Shown: positions 21,868-33,107, numbered from the stretch's first letter. The stretch is 64,000 nt of DNA from an uncultured Hormoscilla sp. (GCA_963921275.4 OZ001293.3:1216001-1280000); one strand, 5' to 3'. Notes: generated from the letters alone by a model not told the origin. A program made the numbers and translations.

Positions 21868-22008
21868 AAAAAAAGTGAAATACACTCCTTGCTGAGCCTC
21901 TAAATTACGTTCCCTGCCAGAGTCAGGGAACGATGGAACAAGAAAAAAAGTGAAATACACTCCTTGCTGAGCCTCTAAATTACGTTCCCTGCTAGAGTCA
22001 GGAAACGA
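21868..22008. repeat. Two ~65-bp direct repeats
   Basis: AAAAAAAGTGAAATACACTCCTTGCTGAGCCTCTAAATTACGTTCCCTGC.AGAGTCAGG.AACGA occurs twice. Confidence 0.85.
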
Positions 22009-22176
22009 GGTATGGGAGCATTTTATATTGGCAAAAAGCTCAAACAATGCTACAATTTTTTGAGCTTTATCGCGCTTAGTCGGTTTTAACCGACTTAAGC
22101 CTCGTTACTGGCTCCCGCCTGGTAACGCGGGGGTTTTAACCCCCTGCGAGCTGACAGCGAAAGGAATGCCGGAGAT

Positions 22177-25100
22177 TTAATTAACAACGAGTTTGGTACG
22201 GGGACTAAGGGCGATCGCATCCGGTTTATACATTTGATAAACGCGGATGGGGTTCACCTGCACCTCACCGGGAAACTCACCATGGAACCGGGCCTTGATT
22301 TCTACCGCTGCGTCCAAGTTGGAGGCAAACAGGGCCACTTTGTTCTGGTTAACCTCCACATGATCGAACTGCTTCGGTACTGCCATCAAGTCTCGGGCCA
22401 GATCGAAAGTTATTCCTGCGGGAATGGGAATTTCCATCAGCAGCGCTTCCAACTGTTGACTGAGTGCGAACTGCAAACTCAAGTCTGTATGTTCCCCCAG
22501 GGAGAACTCCTGCTGAGACCATTGTACCTGGAGATTTCCTAATTGATTCGTCCGCGCCTCTGGTTGGGAAGCTTAACGGTAGACATGGAGTTCGATCAAA
22601 ACATGGGCGTTAAATCCTTTGGCGGCCTTCAAGGAGATTTTGTTCGGGCCCGGTTGGAATTGCTCGATATAAATGCGGCGGGCCTGATAGACTAAATCTA
22701 GCTGTTCTGTGCCTCGTGCTTGGGAGAAGTCAAAGGTCTTGTGAAAATTCTTAGCTTGGTTTGCAGCTTCCAGGCCGGCAATTTTTCGCAAACTCGACAA
22801 CAGGTCCTGTTGGGTTTCGTTCGCAGTAATGTTGACTGTACCCTTCACGTCCGATACTGTCCAAGCTAAGTGGCCTACTTCCCCGATCGCCCAGGAAGCA
22901 TAGAGGGTATCGCGAGTCGAATACCAACCTGTGGAACGTCGGTTTGCCAAGAGATAATCCAATCCCCGTTTGATGGCCTTTCTCACCTGAGTATCGGAGG
23001 GGAAGGCGTGACCCAGTGCCATCATACAATAGGCAGTAGTTTCAATGTCCCCCGTGAGACTGCTTTTGCCAGTCCAGTTACCATTTGGCTTTTGCTGGTT
23101 GAGGATGATGTCCCGGAGTTGCTTCATCAAGGTTCCTTCTGCTTGGCGATAGTCCTCAAGGCGCGTCAAGGTGTCTAATAGCAAGGCCAAGCATGTTTCG
23201 TCATCTTGGTAAGCATTCAGGTTTTGCTTCAACCACTTTAAAGTCTCGGCCAGGGGATGTTTTCTAAGGCGGCACTGTGAAAGATGAATGCGGTGTTACC
23301 CGCTTCCGAAAGAGTGGAAGGAAAGGGAGTTTCCAGGCTTTCGGCCGGTGCCCAACTGTCCGCAGCCGTGCGATAATCGAGCAAGTATTTCATGGCACCA
23401 TCCAAGATTTGCTGTTCCACATCAATAACTTGCTTCATCAGTGCCAAGATGCTGAAGGCCAAGGCCGTGTGAAACACGGATGTTTCCTTGCCATCCCACA
23501 AACCAAACCCCTCCGTATCCGGATTTCGGAATACGGTCAGGTAGCGATTGCGTCCTGCCAGCATATTCTTTTTCAGATTATCGGCATACTTTGGGGTCAG
23601 TTTATCCTGGCGTTCCGGGTACTTGTAGAGAATGAAATTAGGCAAGGTGGTAGCATAGGTCTGTTCGCAACATCCATAGGGATAGCTGGCCAGAGATTTT
23701 ACCTCTTCAATCACCACCCCTTGGGCATTGGGCATCAGGGAGATAATTCCCAAGGTAAATATTTCCTCTCCCGACAAGTCAAAGGTCCATTCTACAGGAT
23801 TTTTCTCCGACAAAGTCGCAGTATAGCGCTGAATTTCTGGTTCTCCGGGGGGTTGCACTCGGTGTCCAGTTGGGATATTTCCCGAAAACCTTTCGTTTCT
23901 AAGGATAGCAATACTTTGGCATTCCCCACTTCCACTGCCTCAACTTGCCAGTTGACTGCGACGCTTTCCTGGGGTGCCAGGGCAGTAATTGCCTGTTGCT
24001 TCAGTCCGGTACGAATTTTTTCCGTCTGGAGTTTGAGGATAATTTCGTCAAACTCTTGACTGGAGATATTTTGGACAATAGTACGCAGGGTGCTTTTGTC
24101 TCCCCAAATCATTTCCGGCGGATTTTTGATCGTGGTAAACAGGGGGTTGCGGACAATTACGCGATGGGATGCGGTGCCGAAGTTGTCTGGACCAATGATG
24201 AAGACTACTACATCGTACTCGGTGATGGCATCGCTGCCAGCAAACTCAACTGTTGCGGAATTCGCACCCTTTTTGATGTCAATGGGTTCGAGACATGCCA
24301 CCTCAATAAAATCTTCCCGGACCACAAGGGTCGCAGTTGATGGTGACTCTAATTCCAGGGCAGCTTCTTCGGAATATAACTCATCATCAGCATCAAAAAA
24401 ATACCCCCCTTTTGTCATTGGTGCCGCCGCCATCATCACCATTCGGCCACCACCTCGCCAACCGCCACCGCGCGGCATAGCACCACGAAACATTTCTAAT
24501 TCATACATCACGGACGCTGGCACCTGAACTAGCTTCGGTAGCTGGGATTTTAATTCCTTTTCAATGTTTGATGGTTCGGCGTTTTGGGTAGCTTAAAGGT
24601 GACGCCTCCCGTACCATCAGATAGCTGGAAATCCAGCGATCGCGCCACCCGATCGCCGATCAATTCTGCCGAACCCATTTTCAGAGATTGGATGAGGTTT
24701 TGTCGTCCCTTAACCCGGACATCCACCTTAACTGCTTCTCCCGGTTGGTAAGCGGACTTATCCAGAGAAACATCCAACCAGGACTCCTGAGACATCCAAG
24801 GAATGACGCGGATCTGTGCTTCTGCGGTCGATCGCCCTGCGTTCCGTGCCGCTGGGGTCCAGCAGGGTCAGGGTTAAGGCTTGCTGGGAAAGGGCGATCG
24901 TGCTATATGACGTGAGGTCGCGATGGACGACAAATCCTTGGACATCCGCACCCGGGCGCACCTTAGCAGTTGGCAACCAAATGATACCTTTAGTTTGCAC
25001 TTCCAGGTCTTGAATGGGAATCAGACATTGTTCTAAAGTACCATTATCTGAAGTCCAAAAGCGCAGGAAAGAAGGTAAACTTTCCCGGATGTAAAGCAGT

Positions 25101-25243
25101 TCGCGGGTATCGTTGACCGCCCAGCGTTCTGGCAACTGCGAGGGGTCTTCCACCTGCAAAGTTTCTTTTGACTCGACCCAGACGCGATAGTAGGAACCTT
25201 GTGACTGTGGGATATTTGACAATCCCCAAACTTCAAATTTCAT
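22177..25243 (-). pseudogene. Alpha-2-macroglobulin / thioester-containing protein, fragmented
   Basis: Six collinear ORF pieces: [10 protein letters not shown] (MG domain), [15 protein letters not shown] thioester motif, [32 protein letters not shown]. Confidence 0.85.
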
Positions 25244-25297
25244 CTTTTTTACCCTATCATCTTACTCTTTGTGTGAGGAGTTCAACATTTCGTACAT

Positions 25298-25410
25298 CTC
25301 GTTCCCAGGTTCTACCTGGGAATGATGCTTTTGAGGCTCTGCCTCCCGTGGCACCAACCAACAGGAGGCTCTGCCTCCACAGACGGTTCCCAGGCAGAGC
25401 CTAGGAACCA
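25298..25410. repeat. REP-like palindromic repeat (TTCCCAGG..CCTGGGAA family)
   Basis: Related copy at ~38475-38530. Confidence 0.75.
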
Positions 25411-25436
25411 GGGTAACTAGATCCCCGATCGCCATT

Positions 25437-25615
25437 CTAACCCTTAAGCTTTTTACCCAACAACTGGTTAGTCAGCTTGGGATCTGCGCGATCGCTAGTT
25501 TTCTTCATCACCTGTCCGACAAAGAAACCTTGCAGCTTAGTTTGACCCAAGGGATACTGTTCGGTGTTCCTTGTATGGGAGCGGAGATCGCTTCATCTAT
25601 TATAGCTTCTAGAGC
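25437..25615 (-). pseudogene. Degenerate duplicate of the gatB 3' end (island boundary)
   Basis: Aligns by eye with 39490-39666, including the stop codon (CTAACCCTTAAG...CACCTGTCCGACAAAGAAACCTTGCAGCTTAGTTT...ATAGCTTC.AGAGC). Confidence 0.92.
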
Positions 25616-25776
25616 GGAGCGTAATTCAAATTGGGGAAAAGCGGAAAAGGGAAAGGACCCCTATGTGGTTCTCTTGAAAGATATGATAGCAATTTAACTT
25701 GCATTGTGATAGACAGGCATTGGCATCTGAGAGCCGGTACTATTATTCAAAAGTGCAGCGTATTGAGAGATACAAT

Positions 25777-26019
25777 CTAATCACTTCTGGAGCGTAGAGC
25801 TTCCTCTAACTTAATTGCCGGCAGAAATATTTTGTATTCCCATCCTTGACCAGGTAGCTGATCTTTTTTAGCGATGTAATCTCGACGTGGTCCACCCTTG
25901 CCTTCAGGGTAGTGTTCTACTGCGTGAAAAACATTAATACGAGCTATACCATATCCGACAATATAGGCTCCAAAAACTCCAATTATAGTCAAAAAGATTT
26001 GATTAGTCTTGAACAACAT
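25777..26019 (-). CDS. Hypothetical 80-aa protein with N-terminal TM helix
   Basis: AGGAG RBS upstream; hydrophobic N-terminus. Confidence 0.6.
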   Translation of the reverse strand: MLFKTNQIFLTIIGVFGAYIVGYGIARINVFHAVEHYPEGKGGPRRDYIAKKDQLPGQGWEYKIFLPAIKLEEALRSRSD

Positions 26020-26032
26020 TAATTCTCCTGTA

Positions 26033-26880
26033 GTAATTCAACGTCAGATTTGCTAAATAAGCTCCACATTTTCAGATATTATCCGTCACGATAACACCTT
26101 TATTTACAAAACTTATACGTTCATATCTGCCCTATAACTCCAGGACTAAGGGGTGTTATGCAGCGTATTTGAATGTTAAGCATGATAAATAGGGTGCTTA
26201 TCCGTCATATCTGCTGGATAACCCCCTTATTGGGGTAGTTATCACTGCTGCGATCGCCGAATCGAATCAGACTGGCTACAAACCACACTACAACTATACA
26301 TGGGTGCATCTCAATTTTTCAATGAGTAATTATACTTAAACACAATAGTATTATTCAAAGCTGAGTATCCAGGGAAGCCAGGACGGTGATCGCACCTGGA
26401 GAGCTTGTGCATGAACAGTATGTTGTTAATGTGGTCCAAATCCCTCTGGCTTTTTTGCCAATCTACATAAACACCCCTTATGTCATGTTATACGGAATTT
26501 TTCCATCTAGCATCCTGATTCTGGAGCTTATACAGATTTCATCATCTAGGATAACACGCTCGTGTGCCTTGGTAGCCTCAATGGATGTTAACTTTTGTTA
26601 ATTTTCCTGAAAGCACCTCCCTCCAAATAGATTCAGCTATTTTACATTTCTTAACATAGGCTGGGCATGTTTGTGCCTACCTACTTATCTTTTACCGATC
26701 GCCCCTCCCCCTTTCTGTTCGGAAATATCGATATCCAGTAGTTATCGGTGTGGAGGCGCAAAAGATGACAACCCGTACAGAAGCGATCTCTGTGTCCCCC
26801 GGGAGCGCTATTCGCACAAAAGGGGGGACACAGCCGCGAGGTACGGGAACCCTCGGTCTGCATGAATAATATGCTGGATC
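26033..26880. repeat. Long inter-cargo repeat, full copy A
   Basis: Collinear with 32147-33064; contains the core shared by 8-9 copies. Confidence 0.9.
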
Positions 26881-26955
26881 ATAACAATTGATGGGATGAA
26901 TATCGATGTAAGGCGATCGCGTTATCCCGAAATTTTGCAGTCGCAAAAGATGAAT

Positions 26956-27044
26956 GTCTAACGGCGATCGCTCCAGCGGCGGCAGATAACCTTGGCATCA
27001 TCACCAAGATATCCCAACCGTCCGCGAAGAGCGCGTTGTTATGC
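26956..27044 (-). other. attC-like integron cassette site
   Basis: Minus strand GCATAAC...imperfect hairpin...GTTAGAC (R' fits GTTRRRY), 89 bp, directly after the PIN gene stop. Confidence 0.7.
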
Positions 27045-27054
27045 TGCGACTGGT

Positions 27055-27458
27055 TTAGGGACTAAAAGGATTGACAATTTTTAGCCTATCAATGTCTGAG
27101 TACCCAAAGTCTTCCGTATAAAGAGTTTCAACATTTGCTTCTAAGCAAGCAGCAACCACCATCGAATCCCAGTGGGACGACTAAAACGGCTCATCAAGTC
27201 ATCAGCACAGTCAATAACAGCCTATGTTGGCAAAGCTGTATACCAAATTTGTTGCAAGTCTCGAATGTACTGATATGCTTGTGCTCTGTCATATCCCAAT
27301 AGCTCAAGTTTGCGGCTTGCCGCCAAATATTCGCAGGCAACCTGCCAAATTGAAACCCCATCTGTCAGACCAGCTACTAAAGAAGCTGCAATTGCCTGCT
27401 TGCCAGGATCGCGCGAATCATTAACGTAAATTAAAATGTTCGTGTCAACGGCGTTCAT
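27055..27458 (-). pseudogene. PIN-domain (VapC-like) toxin
   Basis: MNAVDTNILIY...HWDSMVVAAC...LYTEDF...IVNPF; in-frame TAG at 27222 plus a frameshift. Confidence 0.85.
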
Positions 27459-27687
27459 GTAACATATCTCGTGTAAACCGAGGAGCATTTGAGGGAATAG
27501 GGTTTTGTTGCATTCGTTCAACAAGTCGCCTTAAAAAATCCTGTCTAGCACCAAGATCGGCGATCTTGGGGGGAATGACTTGAGGTGATTTTACAAAAAG
27601 TTCAACTTGAATGCCTTCAGGCAAATCGCCAGCTGTCTGAAGGATGAATGTACCACTATGGTAAATCGCTTTTAAGGCTTGGGGCAT
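27445..27687 (-). CDS. DUF104/AF2212-like antitoxin
   Basis: LKAIYHSGTF...LPEGIQVEL...FTRDMLHER; overlaps the PIN start. Confidence 0.75.
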   Translation of the reverse strand: MPQALKAIYHSGTFILQTAGDLPEGIQVELFVKSPQVIPPKIADLGARQDFLRRLVERMQQNPIPSNAPRFTRDMLHERR

Positions 27688-27892
27688 GGGGAACGCTCCA
27701 TTTTCAGAGTTAAGGGTGAGCCAGTTAGCTGATTACAGTCTAGACCATACAGGGTCAACTCTGTGACAACGATACACGCTCCGATTGAGATAGCGTCTAA
27801 ACGGTCACTAATTCTTTTGGTGGTTGCGATTATTTGGAATTTTTCTGCATAAACACCCTCAATATTATTCTCTACGTAATTTTGACCTTAAG

Positions 27893-28170
27893 CATCCCGA
27901 TCTGGATCTTATACAGATTTCCGGAGCCTAGTATAACTCGCTCGTCTGCCTTGGTAGCCTATCAGGCAAGTTAACAAAAGTTAACTTGCCTGAAAGCCCC
28001 TCCCATAAAGAGATTCAGCTCTTTGACATTTCGCACTGCAGAATGCTCTTTGTGCCTACCTACCTATCTTTTACCGATCGCCCCGACCCCTTTCTGTTCT
28101 CATATATCGATATCCAGTCGGTATCGGTGTGGTGGCGCCAGGGATGGCAACCCGTATAGAAGCGATCGCC
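27893..28170. repeat. Repeat core copy
   Basis: TTATACAGATTT..CTAGTATAAC..TGCCTTGGTAGCC..CCTGAAAGCC..GATTCAGCT..CCTACCTA..CGATCGCCCC..TATCGATATCC. Confidence 0.9.
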
Positions 28171-28371
28171 CTGAAGTCACGGGAAACCTTAGAAGGTATT
28201 CAGCATGTTGGCATCTTTACATTTTCATTTATTTTTTGTCTTCAATATACAGATATAAATCCGACCATAATCTTTCATTACGCTTTTTCACTTTCTCTAT
28301 GAGTTCGCGTTTTGGGCTGTATTTTTTCCCTGGATAACAAACTAATAAATCGTTTTCCTTTATTGCCTAAC
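28170..28371 (-). pseudogene. Duplicated 3' end of the methyltransferase at 36462-37337
   Basis: Matches 36416-36620 (LGNKGKRFI...). Confidence 0.85.
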
Positions 28372-28435
28372 GGCATCATAACAACGGCTAAAGCGTAATT
28401 CAAATTGGGGAAAATCGGAAAGCGGAACTCTTTTG

Positions 28436-28576
28436 GGAGTAGAGACACCGGGGCTAATGATGGGACTGGCAGGTATCGGCTACGGACTGTTGCGACTGGC
28501 GAGTCCCGATCGGGTGCCATCGGTGCTGCTGCTAGCTCCGCCAAAGGAGGAAAACTGCGCTCCATCAGGATTGTAA
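28436..28576 (+). pseudogene. C-terminal fragment of a LanM/LanC-like lanthipeptide synthetase
   Basis: Manual translation GVETPGLMMGLAGIGYGLLRLASPDRVPSVLLLAPP...*. Confidence 0.75.
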
Positions 28577-28732
28577 AGGAAGTTGGATCTTCGGGCGCAA
28601 CCGGAAAATTATCAAAAAAATTTCGCTTTCTCACTTGACAGGAGGTAGTCCAATAGGTTATACTAGAACAACAGTAAGTAATTAGCCCGCATCTGCAGGT
28701 TAAAAGTTATTTATACCAATATAAGAGAGAAA

Positions 28733-29698
28733 GTGACCCAGACTAAATCGCCAAGCAGAAATAGAACACTGAATTGCTCCATGCAAGAGATTTCAGATCT
28801 CAGTATAGAACTTGTGTATCTGATGTCAGATACATCGCTCAAAACAATTAAAAATAAAATTATTCACCAAGATATTTTCGATGCGGCACCCCATTTGCCG
28901 ATCGGGTTTGCGGAGTTGCTAGTGTTGGACCCTCCATACAATCTTTCAAAAAACTACAATGGTTACCTGTTCAAAGAAAAGGAGAAGTCGGAATATCAGG
29001 AGTGGTTTGCGGGAGTGGTTAGGCTTGTCAAACCAATGCTAAAGCCCACAGCAACAGTCTACGTCTGCTCTGATTGGAGAACATCTGTATTGATTGCTCC
29101 GATACTTGAAAAGGAGTTCCGCATCCAAAATCGCATCACCTGGGAAAGAGAAAAAGGGAGAGGCGCAAAATATAACTGGAAAAATAACACTGAAGACATC
29201 TGGTTTTGTACGGTCTCGGAGCAATACCGCTTTAACCTTGATGCGGTCAAGCTCAAGCGAAAGGTTATTGCTCCCTATCGTACAGAAGATGGGCGTCCTA
29301 AAGATTGGCAAGAAGAAGCCGGAGGTAATTTCCGCGTCACCCATCCATCAAATATCTGGACAGATATAACAATTCCCTTTTGGTCAATGCCGGAGAATAC
29401 TAAGCATCCCACCCAAAAACCAGAAAAACTGATTGCTAAGTTAGTGCTGGCAAGTTCTAATCCCGGGGAGATGGTGTTAGATCCATTCTTAGGTAGTGGA
29501 ACTACTGCGGTAGTTGCTAAAAAACTTGGCAGGCGCTTTGTGGGCGTGGAAATTAATCAAGAATACTGCTGCTGGGCTTTGAAGCGCCTTGCAATTGCGG
29601 AAGAGTATCCGTCTATCCAAGGATATGCTGACGGCGTGTTTTGGGAGCGAAACACCCTCAGCGCTCAACCAAAAGACAAGAAGCCGAGTGTAGTGTAG
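28733..29698 (+). CDS. Site-specific amino-DNA methyltransferase, beta class
   Basis: DPPY motif precedes HPTQKP and DPFLGSGTT. Confidence 0.93.
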   Translation: MTQTKSPSRNRTLNCSMQEISDLSIELVYLMSDTSLKTIKNKIIHQDIFDAAPHLPIGFAELLVLDPPYNLSKNYNGYLFKEKEKSEYQEWFAGVVRLVKPMLKPTATVYVCSDWRTSVLIAPILEKEFRIQNRITWEREKGRGAKYNWKNNTEDIWFCTVSEQYRFNLDAVKLKRKVIAPYRTEDGRPKDWQEEAGGNFRVTHPSNIWTDITIPFWSMPENTKHPTQKPEKLIAKLVLASSNPGEMVLDPFLGSGTTAVVAKKLGRRFVGVEINQEYCCWALKRLAIAEEYPSIQGYADGVFWERNTLSAQPKDKKPSVV

Positions 29699-29712
29699 AT
29701 GGAACTGTTTTT

Positions 29713-30297
29713 ATGAAATCCAACTTTTTCTATGGAGGGCACTATCAGGCGGTTGCTGCATCGATCGGAGATTACATTAACTCGGTGCCCGAATTTCTGT
29801 CTGCGCAGACTGTTCGTAGCACAAGGGCCGCAGGTGATGCAATTGAAGGACTCATAGCTGATAAGTTCGATACGTTCCTAGGAGATTGGTGCCAAGAGTA
29901 TTCAGCCAACTTTGCGCGTCGGGCAATGGCAGATGTTGCATTCAAGGATAAGGAAGATTTCTACTGCGTTGTCGATGTCAAGACCCACCGCGAAGATACA
30001 AAGTTTAATATGCCGAATCTTACATCTGTAGAACGGATATCTAGATTCTATGAGGACGATAAGAACATATTCGCGTTGATAATGGTCAAGTACGTGCTGG
30101 AAGGAAATCGAGTTACGGCAACAGAGGTCAGTTTCTGCCCAATTGAGTTTCTCGACTGGGATTGCCTCACGGTAGGTGCGCTTGGATGGGGACAGATTCA
30201 AATTGCGAATTCCAATCGCATCTTGGTGAATCAGGGGTACTCCAGAAAGCAGCGGCTGCGCCTAGTTTTCACACAGATGTGTCAGGCAGTCAGCTAA
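29713..30297 (+). CDS. Putative type II restriction endonuclease (PD-(D/E)XK), probably 3'-truncated
   Basis: GDAIE...MADVAF...VDVKT; directly follows the MTase; C-terminus after GYSRK looks non-native. Confidence 0.65.
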   Translation: MKSNFFYGGHYQAVAASIGDYINSVPEFLSAQTVRSTRAAGDAIEGLIADKFDTFLGDWCQEYSANFARRAMADVAFKDKEDFYCVVDVKTHREDTKFNMPNLTSVERISRFYEDDKNIFALIMVKYVLEGNRVTATEVSFCPIEFLDWDCLTVGALGWGQIQIANSNRILVNQGYSRKQRLRLVFTQMCQAVS

Positions 30298-30382
30298 AGC
30301 TGTTTGGGAATGTCCTAATATACAGACATTTGAAGTCGCTTATCAGCATACATTTGATGGTACTTGGTTATTTCCGCCATGT

Positions 30383-32098
30383 CTATGCTTGTCTCCTATG
30401 AACATAATTACGTATTTTTTGTGTAAAATCCCTGCTTCTAACTGCATCTCTATTCGAGATTGGATTTGCTTTCAAGACTTTTTTAATTATGTTGCAAGAC
30501 TCGATCGCAATAGGTCTCAACTCATCTTTCTTACTTGCAGTGACAATCATTTTCTGAAGATCATAATCCTTAGATTCCTTTGCTATAAGCATACGATAAG
30601 TTAAATATGCCACATGATATTTAAATGGCCTGCATTTAGAAAATATTTCTTGCGCTCTAAATAAGCTTTCTAACCTGTTAATAATCAGTGCCGATAAATA
30701 GTATTTGCGTAATTCATCCGTTGATTTAAATAATCGAGCTTTGTTACTTTCCAATAACTCACCAAAGTACCTATGTGTACTTTGAGGTTGTTCTAAAACT
30801 GTTGATACGTATGCTTTAATTTGGGCAGCTAATGTAATTACCTGCCATGACCGTACCTTTGGATTTCCTAGATATTCTTTAGAACGCCTTTCATAATAAA
30901 TTGGTGGAATAACGCTTCCAGACATTGCCTTGTAAAACTCTTCAAGATTTCTATGAAAAGGCTTTAGAGACTCAAACGCTTCATCTTTTACTTCTGTTTG
31001 ACGATTTGTTGCTCTAATAATCTTATTAGTAACTTCTTGATCGACAGTATCTATAACTTTTAAAACAATATGGGTATCATCTTTGAGGATCTTCCTATTC
31101 TCAAATAACACATGACTTGACTGACAACCGTTGACAATCTGAAAATCAGTCAATTTTAGTTTTGAACCGATTTTCTCAATCTTTTTGGCGATTATTGTTA
31201 TTCCATTATTCAATAATGCCAAAAGTGCCCGGTTTGTAGGAGACCTCAGAGTTTCTTTAATCTCTTTATTAACCTTGTTTGGTCCTTGATAGTCTCTAAC
31301 GTTGTCATAAAAAAGTCCCTTCGCCATTTCCCCATCATTGTTAGTGATTAAATCCAGATATAACTTGACCGGGATACTTCCAATAAAAGACTGTCTCACA
31401 TTCAGCTCATCAGGCATATCTGGCAATGCCACATGATTTTGGAACAGAACCTCCTTAACGGTCTTCCTACTAATTTCACAAAACGTATACTTTAATTTTT
31501 CTGCATCATAGAAATTTACTTTAGGCTCATTTCTGAACAAGCGCTTCTGATTTAATTCCTGCAACTCACGCCTAACTCTCCCAACTATCTGTTTAGGTTC
31601 CTCCCATTTACCCGTTGTTACAAAGAAAAGCTGGAGTTCAGGGATTTGTCCTCCAAAATCAATAGAGTGTTGATAGACTTTTTCTTTGATACCTCTTAAA
31701 TGTTTAATACTCTCATTTTCTGGAATTGATGAACTTTCATCAAAAAAGCTTTTGACTCCAAAAATGAAATTACCTACCTGATCTCCTTTAAACTTTGCTG
31801 ATGATTTTGACTGAATTAACGCAAAAGTTACATCAAGAGTCCCATTCCTTTCTATTAAGAAGTCTATCTCTTCTTCATTTTTAATAATATTGCCATTGAC
31901 AATAATTGCAATGCCATCTAAAGCTAAATCGTCTCTACCACCTGTGGATAAATATTCTAAGTCAATTTCCCTAGGATATAGTTTAGAGACAATGGTAAAG
32001 TTGACAAACCTTTCAAAAACTTTATCTTCATCCATTTGCTCCAATCCATGCTGACTAACAAATGTAGATAAAAAACTCTTTAATATTTCATCTTTCAT
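30383..32098 (-). CDS. AIPR-family (abortive infection phage resistance) protein
   Basis: DLALDG, QSKSS, LFYDNVRDY, LNNGITI, QIVNGCQS, ATNRQT, YYERR; AT-rich. Confidence 0.92.
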   Translation of the reverse strand: MKDEILKSFLSTFVSQHGLEQMDEDKVFERFVNFTIVSKLYPREIDLEYLSTGGRDDLALDGIAIIVNGNIIKNEEEIDFLIERNGTLDVTFALIQSKSSAKFKGDQVGNFIFGVKSFFDESSSIPENESIKHLRGIKEKVYQHSIDFGGQIPELQLFFVTTGKWEEPKQIVGRVRRELQELNQKRLFRNEPKVNFYDAEKLKYTFCEISRKTVKEVLFQNHVALPDMPDELNVRQSFIGSIPVKLYLDLITNNDGEMAKGLFYDNVRDYQGPNKVNKEIKETLRSPTNRALLALLNNGITIIAKKIEKIGSKLKLTDFQIVNGCQSSHVLFENRKILKDDTHIVLKVIDTVDQEVTNKIIRATNRQTEVKDEAFESLKPFHRNLEEFYKAMSGSVIPPIYYERRSKEYLGNPKVRSWQVITLAAQIKAYVSTVLEQPQSTHRYFGELLESNKARLFKSTDELRKYYLSALIINRLESLFRAQEIFSKCRPFKYHVAYLTYRMLIAKESKDYDLQKMIVTASKKDELRPIAIESCNIIKKVLKANPISNRDAVRSRDFTQKIRNYVHRRQA

Positions 32099-32146
32099 AA
32101 CAATATCTTCTTATCCTCTGATGGCATCTCTTCTGATTTATAACTG

Positions 32147-33064
32147 GTAATTCAACGTCAAATTTGCTATATAAGCTCCACATTTTCGGATCTTATCAGT
32201 CACTTTTGCCCGATCGCACCCTTATTTACAAAACTTATACGTTCATATTTGCCATATAACTCCAGGACTAAGGGGTGTTATGCAGCGTATTTGAATGTTA
32301 AGCATGATACATATAGGGTGCTTATCCGTCAGAACTGCTGGATAACCCCCTTATTTGGGTAGTTATCACTACTGCGATCGCCGAATCAAATCCGACTGAC
32401 CACGACTTTTCCTACTGTACAGGGTGCATCTCAATTTTGCCAAGAGTAATTCTACCTAATTCCGAAAATTTTGACCGAGAAAATTTCCTTTTGCTGTCAA
32501 GCAACTGATCGCCGAATCAAATCCGACTGGCTACAAACCACACTACAACTATACATGGGTGCATCTCTATTGTCAATGAGTCATTCTACTTAAACACAAG
32601 AGTATTATTCAAAGCTGAGTATCCCGGGAAGCCAGGACGGCGATTGCACCTGGATAGCTTGTGCATAAACAGTATGCCGCTGAGGTGGGATAAATCCCTC
32701 TGGCTTTTTTGCCAATCTACATAAACACCCTCAATGTCATGTTATACAGAATTTTTCCATCTAGCATCCTGATTCGGGAGCTTATACAGATTTCATCACC
32801 TAGTCTAACACGCTCCTGTGCCTGGGTAACAGAAATTATGTTAAATTTTATTAATTTGCCTGAAAGCCTCTCCCAGAAATAGATTCAGCTATTAGACATT
32901 TTTTAACATCGGCTGGGCCTCTTTGTGCCTACCTACCTATCTTTTACCGATCGCCCCTCCCCCTTTCTGTTCTAATATATCGATATCCCGTGGTGGCGCA
33001 AGGGATGCAACCCGTACAGATATGTACGGGAACCACCGGTCTGCACGAATAATATGCTGGGATC
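32147..33064. repeat. Long inter-cargo repeat, full copy B
   Basis: Collinear with 26033-26880, with an internal partial duplication (~32375-32570). Confidence 0.9.
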
Positions 33065-33107
33065 GTGGGGGCGATCGCCCTTAAATTTTTACAGAGTTAA
33101 TTCGGCA

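Noticed and set aside
32819..32846. dif/pdif-like site TGCCTGGGTAA-CAGAAA-TTATGTTAAAT
   Set aside because: The XerD-like arm is perfect here and near-perfect at ~35679 but is not conserved in the other repeat copies, and the XerC arm is poor; probably chance in AT-rich DNA.
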